This document shows, piece by piece, positions 17,521 through 26,469 of a stretch of DNA of 64,000 bases; the stretch's first letter is position 1; each line of letters opens with the position of its first letter. The DNA lies in sequence record PQ015379.1, one strand, 5' to 3'. The position numbers and the translations under genes were made by a program. The notes under the pieces are model-generated. The model was given only the letters and a program-made list of their open reading frames with translations. It was not told the DNA's origin and did not search any database.

Positions 17521-17930
17521 GCATCGAGCGCAACATGAAAATATCGGACGTGAACAAACGTCTGAAAAAATCCGGGTTGAAAATTGAACGCAGCAACGAC
17601 GGCAGCCGTTGGTCGTGGTTTGTGTTCAACGGAAAAGAACGCGGGCGCAAAGTTTCGAGCCTGCTGGTAAACGACCTGTCGGTCGATTTGCTGGTCGATC
17701 TAGCAAAGCGTTTTGCTGCCCCGGTCTACGTGCCCCCTGTGCATCACGATGTACGGGGCCTAGTGATCGAAATTGGCGACGTGGTGGCCGTGGGGTACGA
17801 CAACGGTTCTACGCTCACCTACGGCACCGTTACGGCCCTTTCCGAATACGTCTGGCTAAGCAAGGCAGGCGAGACTGGTGGAACCCGCCGCGTTTCCAAG
17901 CGCGTGGCAATTTTGGAGAAAGCGAAATGA
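17517..17930 (+). CDS. hypothetical protein
   Basis: ATGA overlap. Confidence 0.7.
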   Translation: MSIERNMKISDVNKRLKKSGLKIERSNDGSRWSWFVFNGKERGRKVSSLLVNDLSVDLLVDLAKRFAAPVYVPPVHHDVRGLVIEIGDVVAVGYDNGSTLTYGTVTALSEYVWLSKAGETGGTRRVSKRVAILEKAK

Positions 17931-18214
17931 GCAAGAAACCGAACAGCGTCCCATATTTCGAGTGGCGCGACCAGAAAATCGAACCGGGTACACGTATTCG
18001 CATTCGTTCCCGCCACGGCTCGGAAGGGAAAGGCACGGTGACGGATATTTTGGTTTGGGTGAATGCGCCGGATACCATCTGCGCGGAAATGGACCCTGAC
18101 ACGGAATACGTGCCTGATTCGGCTATTCAAGCTGGCTGGGGCCGCGACCAAGAACGCATCGCCGACATTGGTTTGTTCGGCGGCGAGATTCAAGAAATCC
18201 TGAAAAAGAATTGA
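17927..18214 (+). CDS. hypothetical protein
   Basis: ATGA overlap, GGAG RBS. Confidence 0.7.
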   Translation: MSKKPNSVPYFEWRDQKIEPGTRIRIRSRHGSEGKGTVTDILVWVNAPDTICAEMDPDTEYVPDSAIQAGWGRDQERIADIGLFGGEIQEILKKN

Positions 18215-18222
18215 GGCCCAAA

Positions 18223-18351
18223 ATGGAAGAGCAGGAAATGGATATGGAACGTGAGGAAGATTGCCCGGCCTGCCGTGACGTGACCGACGACGATCCGTTT
18301 TACGGCGAATGCTTGGCGTGCGGCGCACTCGACACGCGGGTGCCTGAATGA
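18223..18351 (+). CDS. 42-aa acidic CxxC...CxxC peptide
   Basis: Read manually: MEEQEMDMEREEDCPACRD...CLACGALDTRVPE. Confidence 0.6.
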   Translation: MEEQEMDMEREEDCPACRDVTDDDPFYGECLACGALDTRVPE

Positions 18352-18539
18352 TCTGGCTGCGTCAATTGTTTTGCCGTCACGATTTTAAATTGATCGCCCG
18401 CGAAGAAATGCTGTGGCCCGACGACGGCACGCTTACTGCCATCGACAAACGCCACCAGAAAATCGTGCACCACATCAAATACACCACACACTGTCCACAC
18501 TGCGACACGTGGCGAATCAAAAACGTCAAACAGGACTGA
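18348..18539 (+). CDS. small zinc-ribbon protein
   Basis: LFCRHDF...CPHC. Confidence 0.7.
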   Translation: MIWLRQLFCRHDFKLIAREEMLWPDDGTLTAIDKRHQKIVHHIKYTTHCPHCDTWRIKNVKQD

Positions 18540-18542
18540 CTT

Positions 18543-18953
18543 ATGCAAACTCTGATTTCCCAGTTGCCACAAATCAAGGCGCTGATTACCGGCAGACAAA
18601 ACCGCGTCAAATCCCTGCTGGCCGATCCGGTTTTCGGCCTGAAGGTTTTCCGTGACACGGCGCGTTCCTATGTGCGCCTCGAAATCCAGCAGTTCTGTTT
18701 TGTGCGCCACTCGATCACGATCCGCGCCGATGGTTCTGGTTTCACTATCACGGCCCCCGGCGAAAAAGCCCCGGACCCGCTCCACGGCCCTGACGATTTC
18801 CGCGTGCTGCACCGCGCCCTTTACGAACTCGGCTACACCGACACACCGCCGACGCCTGAGCAGCAGCTAGCGAAGCTGTTTAGCACGGCCCGCAAGCAGA
18901 AACCAAACCGCAAGGGTGCCAGCCTTTCCCGCAGCAAGAAACGCCGCGCCTAG
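18543..18953 (+). CDS. hypothetical protein
   Basis: Packed ORF with basic tail. Confidence 0.7.
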   Translation: MQTLISQLPQIKALITGRQNRVKSLLADPVFGLKVFRDTARSYVRLEIQQFCFVRHSITIRADGSGFTITAPGEKAPDPLHGPDDFRVLHRALYELGYTDTPPTPEQQLAKLFSTARKQKPNRKGASLSRSKKRRA

Positions 18954-18956
18954 ACC

Positions 18957-18992
18957 CAAACAACCCCGCCCCGTGCGGGGTTTGTCGGTAGT
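18957..18992 (+). repeat. 36-bp hairpin repeat / terminator (copy 3)
   Basis: Identical to 16932-16967. Confidence 0.85.
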
Positions 18993-19014
18993 GAACTAAT
19001 TTGAGGATCAACCA

Positions 19015-19497
19015 ATGTTTTTCGTCGCCGTGCTGTCTGAAACCCAACCAACCGCTGACCAAGTTTTGTGGCTGATCGCCCACGACGACGAATTGCAGAA
19101 ACGCATTTTCGAGTTCGGTGGCGAAACCTGCAACACCAAAATCGAACTGCGCTCTTCCGACAAATTCTCGGACCTGCGTTTTCGCCCGTACGTTGCGCAA
19201 GTGCGCCTGACGCACCAAGGGCAGGAATTCACCTACGACAAATTAAATGCCATCGTGATCATGAACCCCGAACATGGCACGGAACGCCCGACCGAAGAAA
19301 CCAAAGCCAAATTCCAGTTCCGCCAGACTGAAATCGAAGAGTCGATTAATCGGCTGGTGGCGGATTCGGAATGGAGCACGGTTCAACTGGGGCTGACCAC
19401 TGGCGGTAATGCCATCTACCGTTTCCACGACATTGACGTGTCGGAATTTAACGACGCATTTGCCCGTGGCTCGCGTCAACACTTCACAGCCGTTTGA
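19015..19497 (+). CDS. hypothetical protein
   Basis: GAGGA RBS. Confidence 0.75.
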   Translation: MFFVAVLSETQPTADQVLWLIAHDDELQKRIFEFGGETCNTKIELRSSDKFSDLRFRPYVAQVRLTHQGQEFTYDKLNAIVIMNPEHGTERPTEETKAKFQFRQTEIEESINRLVADSEWSTVQLGLTTGGNAIYRFHDIDVSEFNDAFARGSRQHFTAV

Positions 19498-19507
19498 GGG
19501 AACAACA

Positions 19508-20050
19508 ATGAGTCTGGAAAATAAAATGGCTGGGCTGCTTCAGCAGGCAGCGCAGGATATCGCGGGCCGTTCTGACTCCGCCGTAATCGAAATTGTGCAG
19601 CGTCTGTCGTCCGACCTGAATTTGATGGTGTACGAATTCGACAAGGCGAACGAAAAACACCCGGAAGGCAAACCGCGTCCGGTGTTTAACCGCATGCCCT
19701 GCTATACCGACGTGAACGGCCACGATCACATGGTGCCGGAAGGCTACGACCTGTCGTATACACTGATCACCAATCGCGTGTGGCCCGATGGTTACGACGC
19801 GCAGAATAAATTGCCTGATTACGTCGGCGTCCCGTTGGGCAGCGGCGCACCGTTCGTTGACCTGTGGCTGGTTCGTGACCCGGAACACAAAGAGCCGAAC
19901 ATGGCGGGGGCCACCGCGCTGTGGGAAATCATTAAAGAGGATTGCATGGTCAAGACCTTTAACGAATTTCACACCGGCACCAAAAACGCGGCCAAGGTTG
20001 TGAGGCACACCACAACTCATTTCAAATTCGAAACCCAGCAAGCTCTGTAA
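19508..20050 (+). CDS. hypothetical protein
   Basis: GAGGG RBS. Confidence 0.75.
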   Translation: MSLENKMAGLLQQAAQDIAGRSDSAVIEIVQRLSSDLNLMVYEFDKANEKHPEGKPRPVFNRMPCYTDVNGHDHMVPEGYDLSYTLITNRVWPDGYDAQNKLPDYVGVPLGSGAPFVDLWLVRDPEHKEPNMAGATALWEIIKEDCMVKTFNEFHTGTKNAAKVVRHTTTHFKFETQQAL

Positions 20051-20059
20051 GGACACGCC

Positions 20060-20359
20060 GTGACGTTTTTCAACGAAATCAAAAAGCACGAACAACTGAC
20101 CGACCCGGAATTCGAGTTGGTTGTAAAACAAATGCGTGCGAAACGTGACGCTGCGTCGATCCGCGCAGCCTATCGCGTGCTGGTGCAGGACACGCCTGCT
20201 TATCTGGCGGCCAAGCATGAATGCTCTAGCCAATCGAACGTGCACGATACCGTTAAGCGCATTCTGGAACGGCACCACGAAAACATGGCGGTCTATGGAC
20301 GCTTCACACCGCCTGATGAAAACGCCGTGTGGGAATTTGAAGCGAGGGTGAAAATATGA
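20060..20359 (+). CDS. TrfB/KorA-like HTH transcriptional regulator
   Basis: LT..EFE......R....SI.AAY.VLV....A..AA......S.V...VKRI pattern. Confidence 0.6.
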   Translation: MTFFNEIKKHEQLTDPEFELVVKQMRAKRDAASIRAAYRVLVQDTPAYLAAKHECSSQSNVHDTVKRILERHHENMAVYGRFTPPDENAVWEFEARVKI

Positions 20360-20559
20360 GCGAGGAACTGATTAAGTGGTTGATCTTCGCGGTGCCTGTT
20401 CTGGTGGTCGGTGCGTTCGTCTTGCCCGAGGTTCTGCGCTGCTGGAAACTGCACATGGAATTCAAACAGCGCAAAGCCCGCATGGATGCAGAAGTGCGGA
20501 TGATGGAAGCCGTGGCCGCGTTGGCGCGTGCACTTAACGGGGATAAGAAGAATGACTGA
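20356..20559 (+). CDS. small membrane-anchored protein
   Basis: Hydrophobic LIFAVPVLVVGAFVLP. Confidence 0.7.
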   Translation: MSEELIKWLIFAVPVLVVGAFVLPEVLRCWKLHMEFKQRKARMDAEVRMMEAVAALARALNGDKKND

Positions 20560-20791
20560 CCAGTGCAGGGCCGGGCGCTGCATCGTGGGTGAAATTAGAA
20601 ACCGCGCCGTGCTGGAAAAAGATTGGGTAAAGGAAGCCAAGGCGTTCCAGAAAGTGATTGCTGACTGGAACGAGAAAACCAAGCGCTTCGCAATTCCGCA
20701 CCCCGGCTTTTGTCACCCGTCGAATTACTGCGCGATGTGTGGGCGTCCATTGCAGGCGTTCCACGAAGCTAACCCATACCTAGACAAATAA
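20552..20791 (+). CDS. small Cys-containing hypothetical protein
   Basis: FCHPSNYCAMCG. Confidence 0.65.
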   Translation: MTDQCRAGRCIVGEIRNRAVLEKDWVKEAKAFQKVIADWNEKTKRFAIPHPGFCHPSNYCAMCGRPLQAFHEANPYLDK

Positions 20792-20812
20792 TTTCACAAC
20801 CGAGGAAAAACC

Positions 20813-21697
20813 ATGCCACGCACTCTAACGCACTTCGTAATTCCCGCTGGCCGCACGCATCACGAAATCGTGTGCCAAATCACCGAGCCAGATGCAGAAC
20901 CCGGCGTCATTTCGTGGGGCGATGAAAATTGGAACCACATGTTCGAAACGCGTGAAGGCGACGGCTCCGTGATCGTCGAACTGCTGGACGAATTTTTCAT
21001 CGTCTCGCCTTCGACCGGTCGCAGTGCACGCGGCGCCAACATCATGGATGCGAACGACGGCCTTTATTTGGGCCTGAACGAACACAGCCCGACATTCCCG
21101 CTGGTGGCCCTCGGTGACAAGTGGCTTTACACCGTCTCGAAAAACTTCAAGGGCGATGCACGCACCGAAGACCCGATGTTAATCCGGCGCCTGTGCAAAA
21201 TCACGGCTGCGCGATCCAGCGACGTTTCGCCCGGTGGTGGAAAAAGCGTGGTGGCACAGGCCGACGTTTCATACGACACGGCACGCGGGCGCATCGGCTC
21301 ATTCATGCAGATGAAAACCTTCAGGTCGAAAATGGGCCTGCTGTTGCTGGTGGCCGAATATCTGAACGACGCCAATTTCATCAAAGGCGAATCGGGCGAG
21401 GCCGTCACGTTGGAAAGCGTGGCCGATCTACAGCACGAACTGGAAGCACTCAAAAGGCAGTTGCCGTTCCTGATGGATTTAAAAGCGGGATCGAGCGCAG
21501 ACAGCAAAGCCAGTTCCATGTATGAAGACGTGTACGACCAGTTGTGTGAGAAATTCGACCCGCACATTTTCCCTGATCAGCACGGTTCCTACATCGGCCC
21601 ACACACGCTGTGCAATTCCGTGGTCGAAAACGTCGAGGCCCTGATTCAGTTCTGGATCAAAAACCGCGACGACGCGAAATTCCCGCTGGGCGAATAA
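20813..21697 (+). CDS. hypothetical protein (294 aa)
   Basis: GAGGA RBS, followed by a terminator. Confidence 0.8.
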   Translation: MPRTLTHFVIPAGRTHHEIVCQITEPDAEPGVISWGDENWNHMFETREGDGSVIVELLDEFFIVSPSTGRSARGANIMDANDGLYLGLNEHSPTFPLVALGDKWLYTVSKNFKGDARTEDPMLIRRLCKITAARSSDVSPGGGKSVVAQADVSYDTARGRIGSFMQMKTFRSKMGLLLLVAEYLNDANFIKGESGEAVTLESVADLQHELEALKRQLPFLMDLKAGSSADSKASSMYEDVYDQLCEKFDPHIFPDQHGSYIGPHTLCNSVVENVEALIQFWIKNRDDAKFPLGE

Positions 21698-21709
21698 ACC
21701 CAGCAGCAG

Positions 21710-21741
21710 AAAAAGAGCCGGGCCTAGTGTCCGGCTTTTTT
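21710..21741 (+). terminator. rho-independent terminator (possibly bidirectional)
   Basis: A run, AGCCGG...CCGGCT, T6. Confidence 0.85.
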
Positions 21742-21769
21742 GTAGGGGGACAATTTAGGAGGTGCTGCA

Positions 21770-21973
21770 ATGTCACTCGAAACCCTGCGCAACGTTATTT
21801 TCGGCGGCATCGTTTTTCTGGCGGTCACGCTTTTGATTCTGTTTGGGATCTACATGCGAAACGAATACGCGGCAATGAAGCGAAGGCAGGCTGAAGAGGA
21901 AAAGCAGATTGCCGAACATGAGGCCGAACTGAAAGCGCACCTGCACCACAAACCCGAGGATGAAAAGCCATGA
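21770..21973 (+). CDS. small single-pass membrane protein
   Basis: AGGAGG RBS; hydrophobic N-terminal helix. Confidence 0.75.
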   Translation: MSLETLRNVIFGGIVFLAVTLLILFGIYMRNEYAAMKRRQAEEEKQIAEHEAELKAHLHHKPEDEKP

Positions 21974-22158
21974 CCCTTTTGCAGCTAGTAGAAGCGATTC
22001 CCGGTTGCGCGGTCGCCGCGCTATGGATCGGAACCGCCGCCGTGATTCTGTGGGATCGCAAAACCGGCGGCCCCTACGAACGCGCAGCCCGCGAAATCCG
22101 GGCGCATTCGGAATCGCTACAGGAACAAGAACGGGCGCGCACGCGTACGCACGTATAG
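21970..22158 (+). CDS. small membrane protein
   Basis: ATGA overlap; hydrophobic segment. Confidence 0.6.
   Translation: MTLLQLVEAIPGCAVAALWIGTAAVILWDRKTGGPYERAAREIRAHSESLQEQERARTRTHV
22135..22157. repeat. alternating purine-pyrimidine tract (23 bp)
   Basis: GCGCGCACGCGTACGCACGTATA ending 29 nt before a -35 box. Confidence 0.8.
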
Positions 22159-22186
22159 AGGGAGTGCCAAAACTTGTACCGACCGC

Positions 22187-22215
22187 TTGACACCAGAACC
22201 CAGTTTTGAGAATCT
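22187..22215 (+). promoter_or_regulatory. sigma70-type promoter P3
   Basis: TTGACA-17 nt-GAATCT with extended TG. Confidence 0.7.
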
Positions 22216-22248
22216 TTGGCCGTGGGCAAGTTGTGCCTGCGGAAAACA

Positions 22249-22271
22249 CACTCACGCAATTAGGGAAGTTA
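22249..22271 (+). promoter_or_regulatory. leader box (copy 3)
   Basis: CACTCACGCAATTAGGGAAGTTA. Confidence 0.85.
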
Positions 22272-22276
22272 GAAAC

Positions 22277-22636
22277 ATGAACCGGAATCGCCGCGTCACT
22301 TTCACCGCCATCGCAGATTGGGCAGTGCCAAAATTCCCCGGCATCCTGTCGTTCTTCGAAACCATCGCCGTGTCGGATTTGGAAAACAAAGAAATTCGCC
22401 TCGACGCTGCAACCCAACGCGCAGTGATCGGCTATCCGGTTTTTGGCAAACAGGCTTTTACCGTGAACAGCGATGGCAGCGTCACCGTTCGCAAAAGCGT
22501 AGGGTTTGGGCGGGATTCGGAAGAGCGCACGTATAGCGCACGTGAAGTGGACTATGCGCGGATGAATCAATTGCGCATGGAACCGTGCACGCAAGGCCCC
22601 GGACTTTTCAACGGCCTGCCACAAGTGGAGCACTAA
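22277..22636 (+). CDS. hypothetical protein
   Basis: First gene after the P3 leader (MNRNRRVTF...). Confidence 0.75.
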   Translation: MNRNRRVTFTAIADWAVPKFPGILSFFETIAVSDLENKEIRLDAATQRAVIGYPVFGKQAFTVNSDGSVTVRKSVGFGRDSEERTYSAREVDYARMNQLRMEPCTQGPGLFNGLPQVEH

Positions 22637-22638
22637 CC

Positions 22639-22896
22639 ATGCAAGCTTTTTGGATTGGTGTGCTTGTGTACCTGCTGATCGGCGCCGGGGTTGCAGTTTT
22701 CGCCCTGCTGTATATCAGCGCAATGCGTGGCCATGACGAATCGTGCCACCATTTTTATTACGGGCTGCGCGAAGCAACACGCACCCGCCGTTTTTTAACC
22801 GTCGCGATGTGCTGCGTTTACATCGCTGTGCTTTGGCTGCCACTGGTTTCTGGTTGTCGTGTGCCGCCTCTTCCTACCGTCATTCGGAGAAAGTGA
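22639..22896 (+). CDS. two-TM membrane protein
   Basis: Two hydrophobic segments. Confidence 0.7.
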   Translation: MQAFWIGVLVYLLIGAGVAVFALLYISAMRGHDESCHHFYYGLREATRTRRFLTVAMCCVYIAVLWLPLVSGCRVPPLPTVIRRK

Positions 22897-22897
22897 A

Positions 22898-23305
22898 ATG
22901 CCATACCCTCAGAAACTAATTCTGACCAAACACCAACGCGAAGTTCTGCTGCATCGGATTTCGCACCTGTCGCAATTGAGCGCCGAAGAAATTGAAGAGC
23001 TTTTCGGCTGCGCTGAAAGCGACGACCCGCTCAACGTCGCAGCGCTATGCACCGCGCTGGAAACCTACGACGAACTGTTTACCCGGTGTGCAGGCGGCCA
23101 GTTGATCGCTATCACGGTCGAAACGCGGGAACAGGCGGAAGCGCTAGCGGAAGCCTTGGAGGGTTCAACCTTCTTTGCAACGCGTATGAAAGGTGACGGC
23201 GTTTACGTCCACGCAGCAAAAGCCGTGGCTGAACTTTTATCCACGGTTCTAGATCGTGAAGTCGAGCCGCACATAGACCCGCGCACGTCGCGAAACTCGG
23301 TCTGA
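22898..23305 (+). CDS. hypothetical protein
   Basis: GGAG RBS. Confidence 0.75.
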   Translation: MPYPQKLILTKHQREVLLHRISHLSQLSAEEIEELFGCAESDDPLNVAALCTALETYDELFTRCAGGQLIAITVETREQAEALAEALEGSTFFATRMKGDGVYVHAAKAVAELLSTVLDREVEPHIDPRTSRNSV

Positions 23306-23319
23306 CAGGTAAACCCGTT

Positions 23320-23341
23320 TGCGCATCTAGAACGGTGCGCA
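23320..23341. promoter_or_regulatory. dyad operator TGCGCA-N10-TGCGCA
   Basis: TGCGCATCTAGAACGGTGCGCA, identical to 28834-28855; intergenic. Confidence 0.75.
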
Positions 23342-23380
23342 ATCTGGTTGCACTGGAAAACCACACACGGAGAAACGACC

Positions 23381-23659
23381 ATGGCCCGCACAAAGGCGCC
23401 TGCTATCGCGACCCCTGAAAACCTCGACCCGGCGCTGACGCAAATCATTGTCGTGGACTTCGGGGAATGGGGCCGGGGCGAAACCTTGGAGGAAGCACTT
23501 TCCAAGATTCCCCCGAAAGGCCGTCGCAAACTGGAATCGTACATGCAGGTTTGGCACATCGTGCCCGGAACCTACATTGGCGACGACGGAATCTTCTACA
23601 ACAACGATCCGGCGTTGCAGATTCGCCCGGTACTGAACGAAACCCGGCGCACAAAGTAG
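23381..23659 (+). CDS. hypothetical protein
   Basis: GGAG RBS. Confidence 0.75.
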   Translation: MARTKAPAIATPENLDPALTQIIVVDFGEWGRGETLEEALSKIPPKGRRKLESYMQVWHIVPGTYIGDDGIFYNNDPALQIRPVLNETRRTK

Positions 23660-23689
23660 TTGACACCCCGGCGCCTGTAATGGCATTCT
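23660..23689 (+). promoter_or_regulatory. sigma70-type promoter P4
   Basis: TTGACA-18 nt-CATTCT with extended TG. Confidence 0.75.
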
Positions 23690-23724
23690 GAAATCCAATC
23701 GGCAACCACGCCGACATAGTTTGA

Positions 23725-23747
23725 CACTCACACATTAAAGGAAGTTT
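23725..23747 (+). promoter_or_regulatory. leader box (copy 4)
   Basis: CACTCACACATTAAAGGAAGTTT after the TCGGC/GCCGA hairpin. Confidence 0.85.
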
Positions 23748-23751
23748 GATC

Positions 23752-25281
23752 ATGACCAAGACCACTACCCACACCGCTCAAGCTCTGCTGGTTGCCGCTG
23801 TAAAAACTCTGAACGGCGTTATTCGCGATGCCAAAAAGGCAGGCGTAACCGTTCCGGGTCTGGCTACCGAAGTTGGCGACGGTATCAATCTGCGCGACCT
23901 GAAAACCTACCTGAAGGAATTCGAAGCCAATCAGGCCAGCGCCAAAACCCCGGCTGAAAAAGCCCCGGTGAAAACCCCGGCCCCGAAAGCCGAAACCAAG
24001 CCAGCGGCCAAAGCTGAACCGGTTGAACTGAAAAGCTCGGCCATCGTCGAAGCTGGCACCGTGAAAATCGGTCGCAACACCGAAACCGTTCTGCGCGTTC
24101 GCAGCATCGGCGGCGTGCGCACCGCAGTAACCGACAAGGGCACCCGTATTGCTGCTGCCGATCTGGAATTCAACAATCGCGGCGCCCTGCGTGTGAAGCT
24201 GGATTGCGAATCGAAGTACAACGGCAAAGCCGCTGCCCCGGCCCCGAAAGCTGACACCAAAGCCCCGGCCACCAAACCGGCCAGCGGCAAGAAACAAACC
24301 GCTTCGGAAGACTTCGAAGAAGAGCCAGCAGCAAAGGCGCCTGCCGCTAAAGCCGGTTCCGACCGCGTGTTCCCTGTGCGCACGCTGAACCTGAAAAAGT
24401 CGCCAATGCTGACCGCTGCGACCTACGACCGCAACACCAAAACCCTGACCGTTACCCTCAAGGATAACGCCGTATGGGCTTACGAAGGTGTGGCACTGAG
24501 CGAGGTTCGCGCTTTCGAACAGGCTTCGCAGCCGTGGAAACACTTCTCGGCGCACATCGCGAACGACAAGAAAGGCCACATGGTGAAAAACCACGGCGCG
24601 GCCAAAGCTGCCCAAACCGCTGGCGACAAACCAGCAGCAAAACCGGCTGCCAAGGCCCCGGCTGCAAAGCCTGCTGAAAAACCTGCTGCATCGGCTATCA
24701 GCACTTCGCGCCTGCGTTCCGAAGGTTTCAAGGATGGCCGCACCACTGAACAGGTGCTGAACATTTCCAAGAACAAGGAAACCGGCGAGCGCTTCGTGAA
24801 CACCGTTAGCGGCAAGAAAATTCCGCTGGCGTTCATCATCGAATCGAAAGGCAAGTTCCGCGTTTCCGATCTGGCCGGTATCAGTGCCGCTGTAAACCCG
24901 GCAAAGCCTGCTGCAAAGGCCGCTGCAAAGCCTGCTGAAAACACCCGTAAGGCCACGGCTGCAAAGCCTGCTGCACAGGTGAACGGCAAGGCCCCGAAAG
25001 TGAATTTCGCGGCTGGTGAAGGCAAGGGCAGCACCAAAGCCAAAGTGGTTTCGGAAAAGCCTACCCGCGCCGCTGTAAAGGAACACGGTGTTCGCGTGAT
25101 CCTGAACGGTCGCAAAGAAAAGATCGTTGACGTGCTGCGCATCGTCACCCGTGGCGACACCCTGACCGCTGTATCGTCTGCCGATGGTCACAAGGGCCTG
25201 CCGTTCGATCTGATCATGTCCTTTGACGGTCAACCGACCTACACCGGCAAAGTTTCTGCCGACCTGTTCAACGCCCTGTGA
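23752..25281 (+). CDS. histone H1/AlgP-like KPAA-repeat protein with a central KTSC domain and three related beta modules
   Basis: KPAA/AKAP linkers; KTSC-like SPMLTAATYDRNTKTLTVTLKDNAVWAYEGV...F..ASQPWKHF. Confidence 0.75.
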   Translation: MTKTTTHTAQALLVAAVKTLNGVIRDAKKAGVTVPGLATEVGDGINLRDLKTYLKEFEANQASAKTPAEKAPVKTPAPKAETKPAAKAEPVELKSSAIVEAGTVKIGRNTETVLRVRSIGGVRTAVTDKGTRIAAADLEFNNRGALRVKLDCESKYNGKAAAPAPKADTKAPATKPASGKKQTASEDFEEEPAAKAPAAKAGSDRVFPVRTLNLKKSPMLTAATYDRNTKTLTVTLKDNAVWAYEGVALSEVRAFEQASQPWKHFSAHIANDKKGHMVKNHGAAKAAQTAGDKPAAKPAAKAPAAKPAEKPAASAISTSRLRSEGFKDGRTTEQVLNISKNKETGERFVNTVSGKKIPLAFIIESKGKFRVSDLAGISAAVNPAKPAAKAAAKPAENTRKATAAKPAAQVNGKAPKVNFAAGEGKGSTKAKVVSEKPTRAAVKEHGVRVILNGRKEKIVDVLRIVTRGDTLTAVSSADGHKGLPFDLIMSFDGQPTYTGKVSADLFNAL

Positions 25282-25303
25282 TGGCAGGGCGCTGTACCTC
25301 TAA

Positions 25304-25337
25304 ACCCCCGGCGTAGAAATACAAAGGGGGTAATTTT
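25304..25337 (+). terminator. putative terminator
   Basis: ACCCCC...GGGGGT then AATTTTT; a second hairpin covers the stop codon (25272-25291). Confidence 0.55.
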
Positions 25338-25375
25338 TCGCCCCCAGTTTTTCCATTAGCACGGAGGGATTTCTA

Positions 25376-26005
25376 ATGGAACATTTAATCGGCTTCAAAG
25401 GCGTCATGCTGCTTATCGGGCTGGGCATTGTTTTGTGCCTCGCCGTTTTGTGGCGGATTACCGCTAACGAAAAGCGATCTGCGCCCGAAAAGCTGGCAAC
25501 TTTCGACGTGTCGGATTCGCCCATTGCGCAGGCCGAAAGTTTCTGGACTTCGGCCAAGCAAGATTTGCCGGTGCGTGATATCGCGTTTTCCCGCGAAGAG
25601 CGTGAACTGGCAAGGCAGGCCGCGAACGTTCTTCAGGCTGTGGCTGATTCTGGCCCGACCGAAACTGTAAATGAAGACGTAGCACCGAAACCGAAGTTCG
25701 ATTATCCGAACTACGAAGGTTTTCCGTGCGAAGGCACTTCGTTTGACGATTTCGAAATCTCGATGCGCAGCCACGGTTTCGTGGTGCGGTTCGATATGAA
25801 AGCTCAACAGGTGCACGTTTTCTACGCGCCGCCCAAATCGCGCAATCCGATGGATGTGCTGCGCCGCCTGTATCGTGCGCCGCTGGAAATTTTCCCGTCG
25901 AATTTGTTGCACGAAGAGGGCCGCAAGCGCACCGCCCTTTGGGCCATGCGTAAATTCAAGTCGGAAGAGAAATTGCCCGAGTTGGAAAACTTTACCTACC
26001 TGTGA
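25376..26005 (+). CDS. N-terminally membrane-anchored hypothetical protein
   Basis: Hydrophobic N-terminal helix; GGAGGG RBS. Confidence 0.75.
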   Translation: MEHLIGFKGVMLLIGLGIVLCLAVLWRITANEKRSAPEKLATFDVSDSPIAQAESFWTSAKQDLPVRDIAFSREERELARQAANVLQAVADSGPTETVNEDVAPKPKFDYPNYEGFPCEGTSFDDFEISMRSHGFVVRFDMKAQQVHVFYAPPKSRNPMDVLRRLYRAPLEIFPSNLLHEEGRKRTALWAMRKFKSEEKLPELENFTYL

Positions 26006-26011
26006 GGCCGT

Positions 26012-26467
26012 ATGAAAATCGGGAAGCAGTACCCAATCACCATGGACGTTAACCGTCGCGATATCGAATTCGACGACCGCGCAGAAACTCATGATCAGCA
26101 CGGCGATTACAATTTGGAAATCGTGCTGCGTGATGAAGCCTGCCGCCGTAAGTTCGCAACCGTGATGATTCCTGCCGGTCGCATGATGGCTGCACTGGGT
26201 AATCGCTCGCACGTTCCCTGCACTATCGAATTCGAGCAACATTTCCTACTGTTCGGGAAATCCCGCGAAACCAAAACGATCTGGATCAAGGAACAAAAGA
26301 AACTCGGCGCCGACAAGAAACCCAAGATTCCGGCGAAGTACGAAGCCGAAGGCTGGGCATACTATGACGGCTACGGCAGTTCCCGTTCTGGTGAAATGCG
26401 CGACGGCCAGTGGCACTATCCGTGCACCCTGCAACGTTTCGTTGATGAAGACAGCGAGGACCAATAA
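26012..26467 (+). CDS. hypothetical protein
   Basis: GAGG RBS. Confidence 0.75.
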   Translation: MKIGKQYPITMDVNRRDIEFDDRAETHDQHGDYNLEIVLRDEACRRKFATVMIPAGRMMAALGNRSHVPCTIEFEQHFLLFGKSRETKTIWIKEQKKLGADKKPKIPAKYEAEGWAYYDGYGSSRSGEMRDGQWHYPCTLQRFVDEDSEDQ

Positions 26468-26469
26468 AA

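Noticed and set aside
15713-18992. Hairpin repeats as a CRISPR array or solitary CRISPR-repeat (Racr) mimics, because the CCCCGC/GCGGGG stem resembles type I-E repeats
   Set aside because: Copies are 1-2 kb apart with genes between them. The loop is 5 nt, and the 3' flank (TTTGTCGG) does not match the I-E handle (ATAAACCG). Their position after stop codons fits terminators better.
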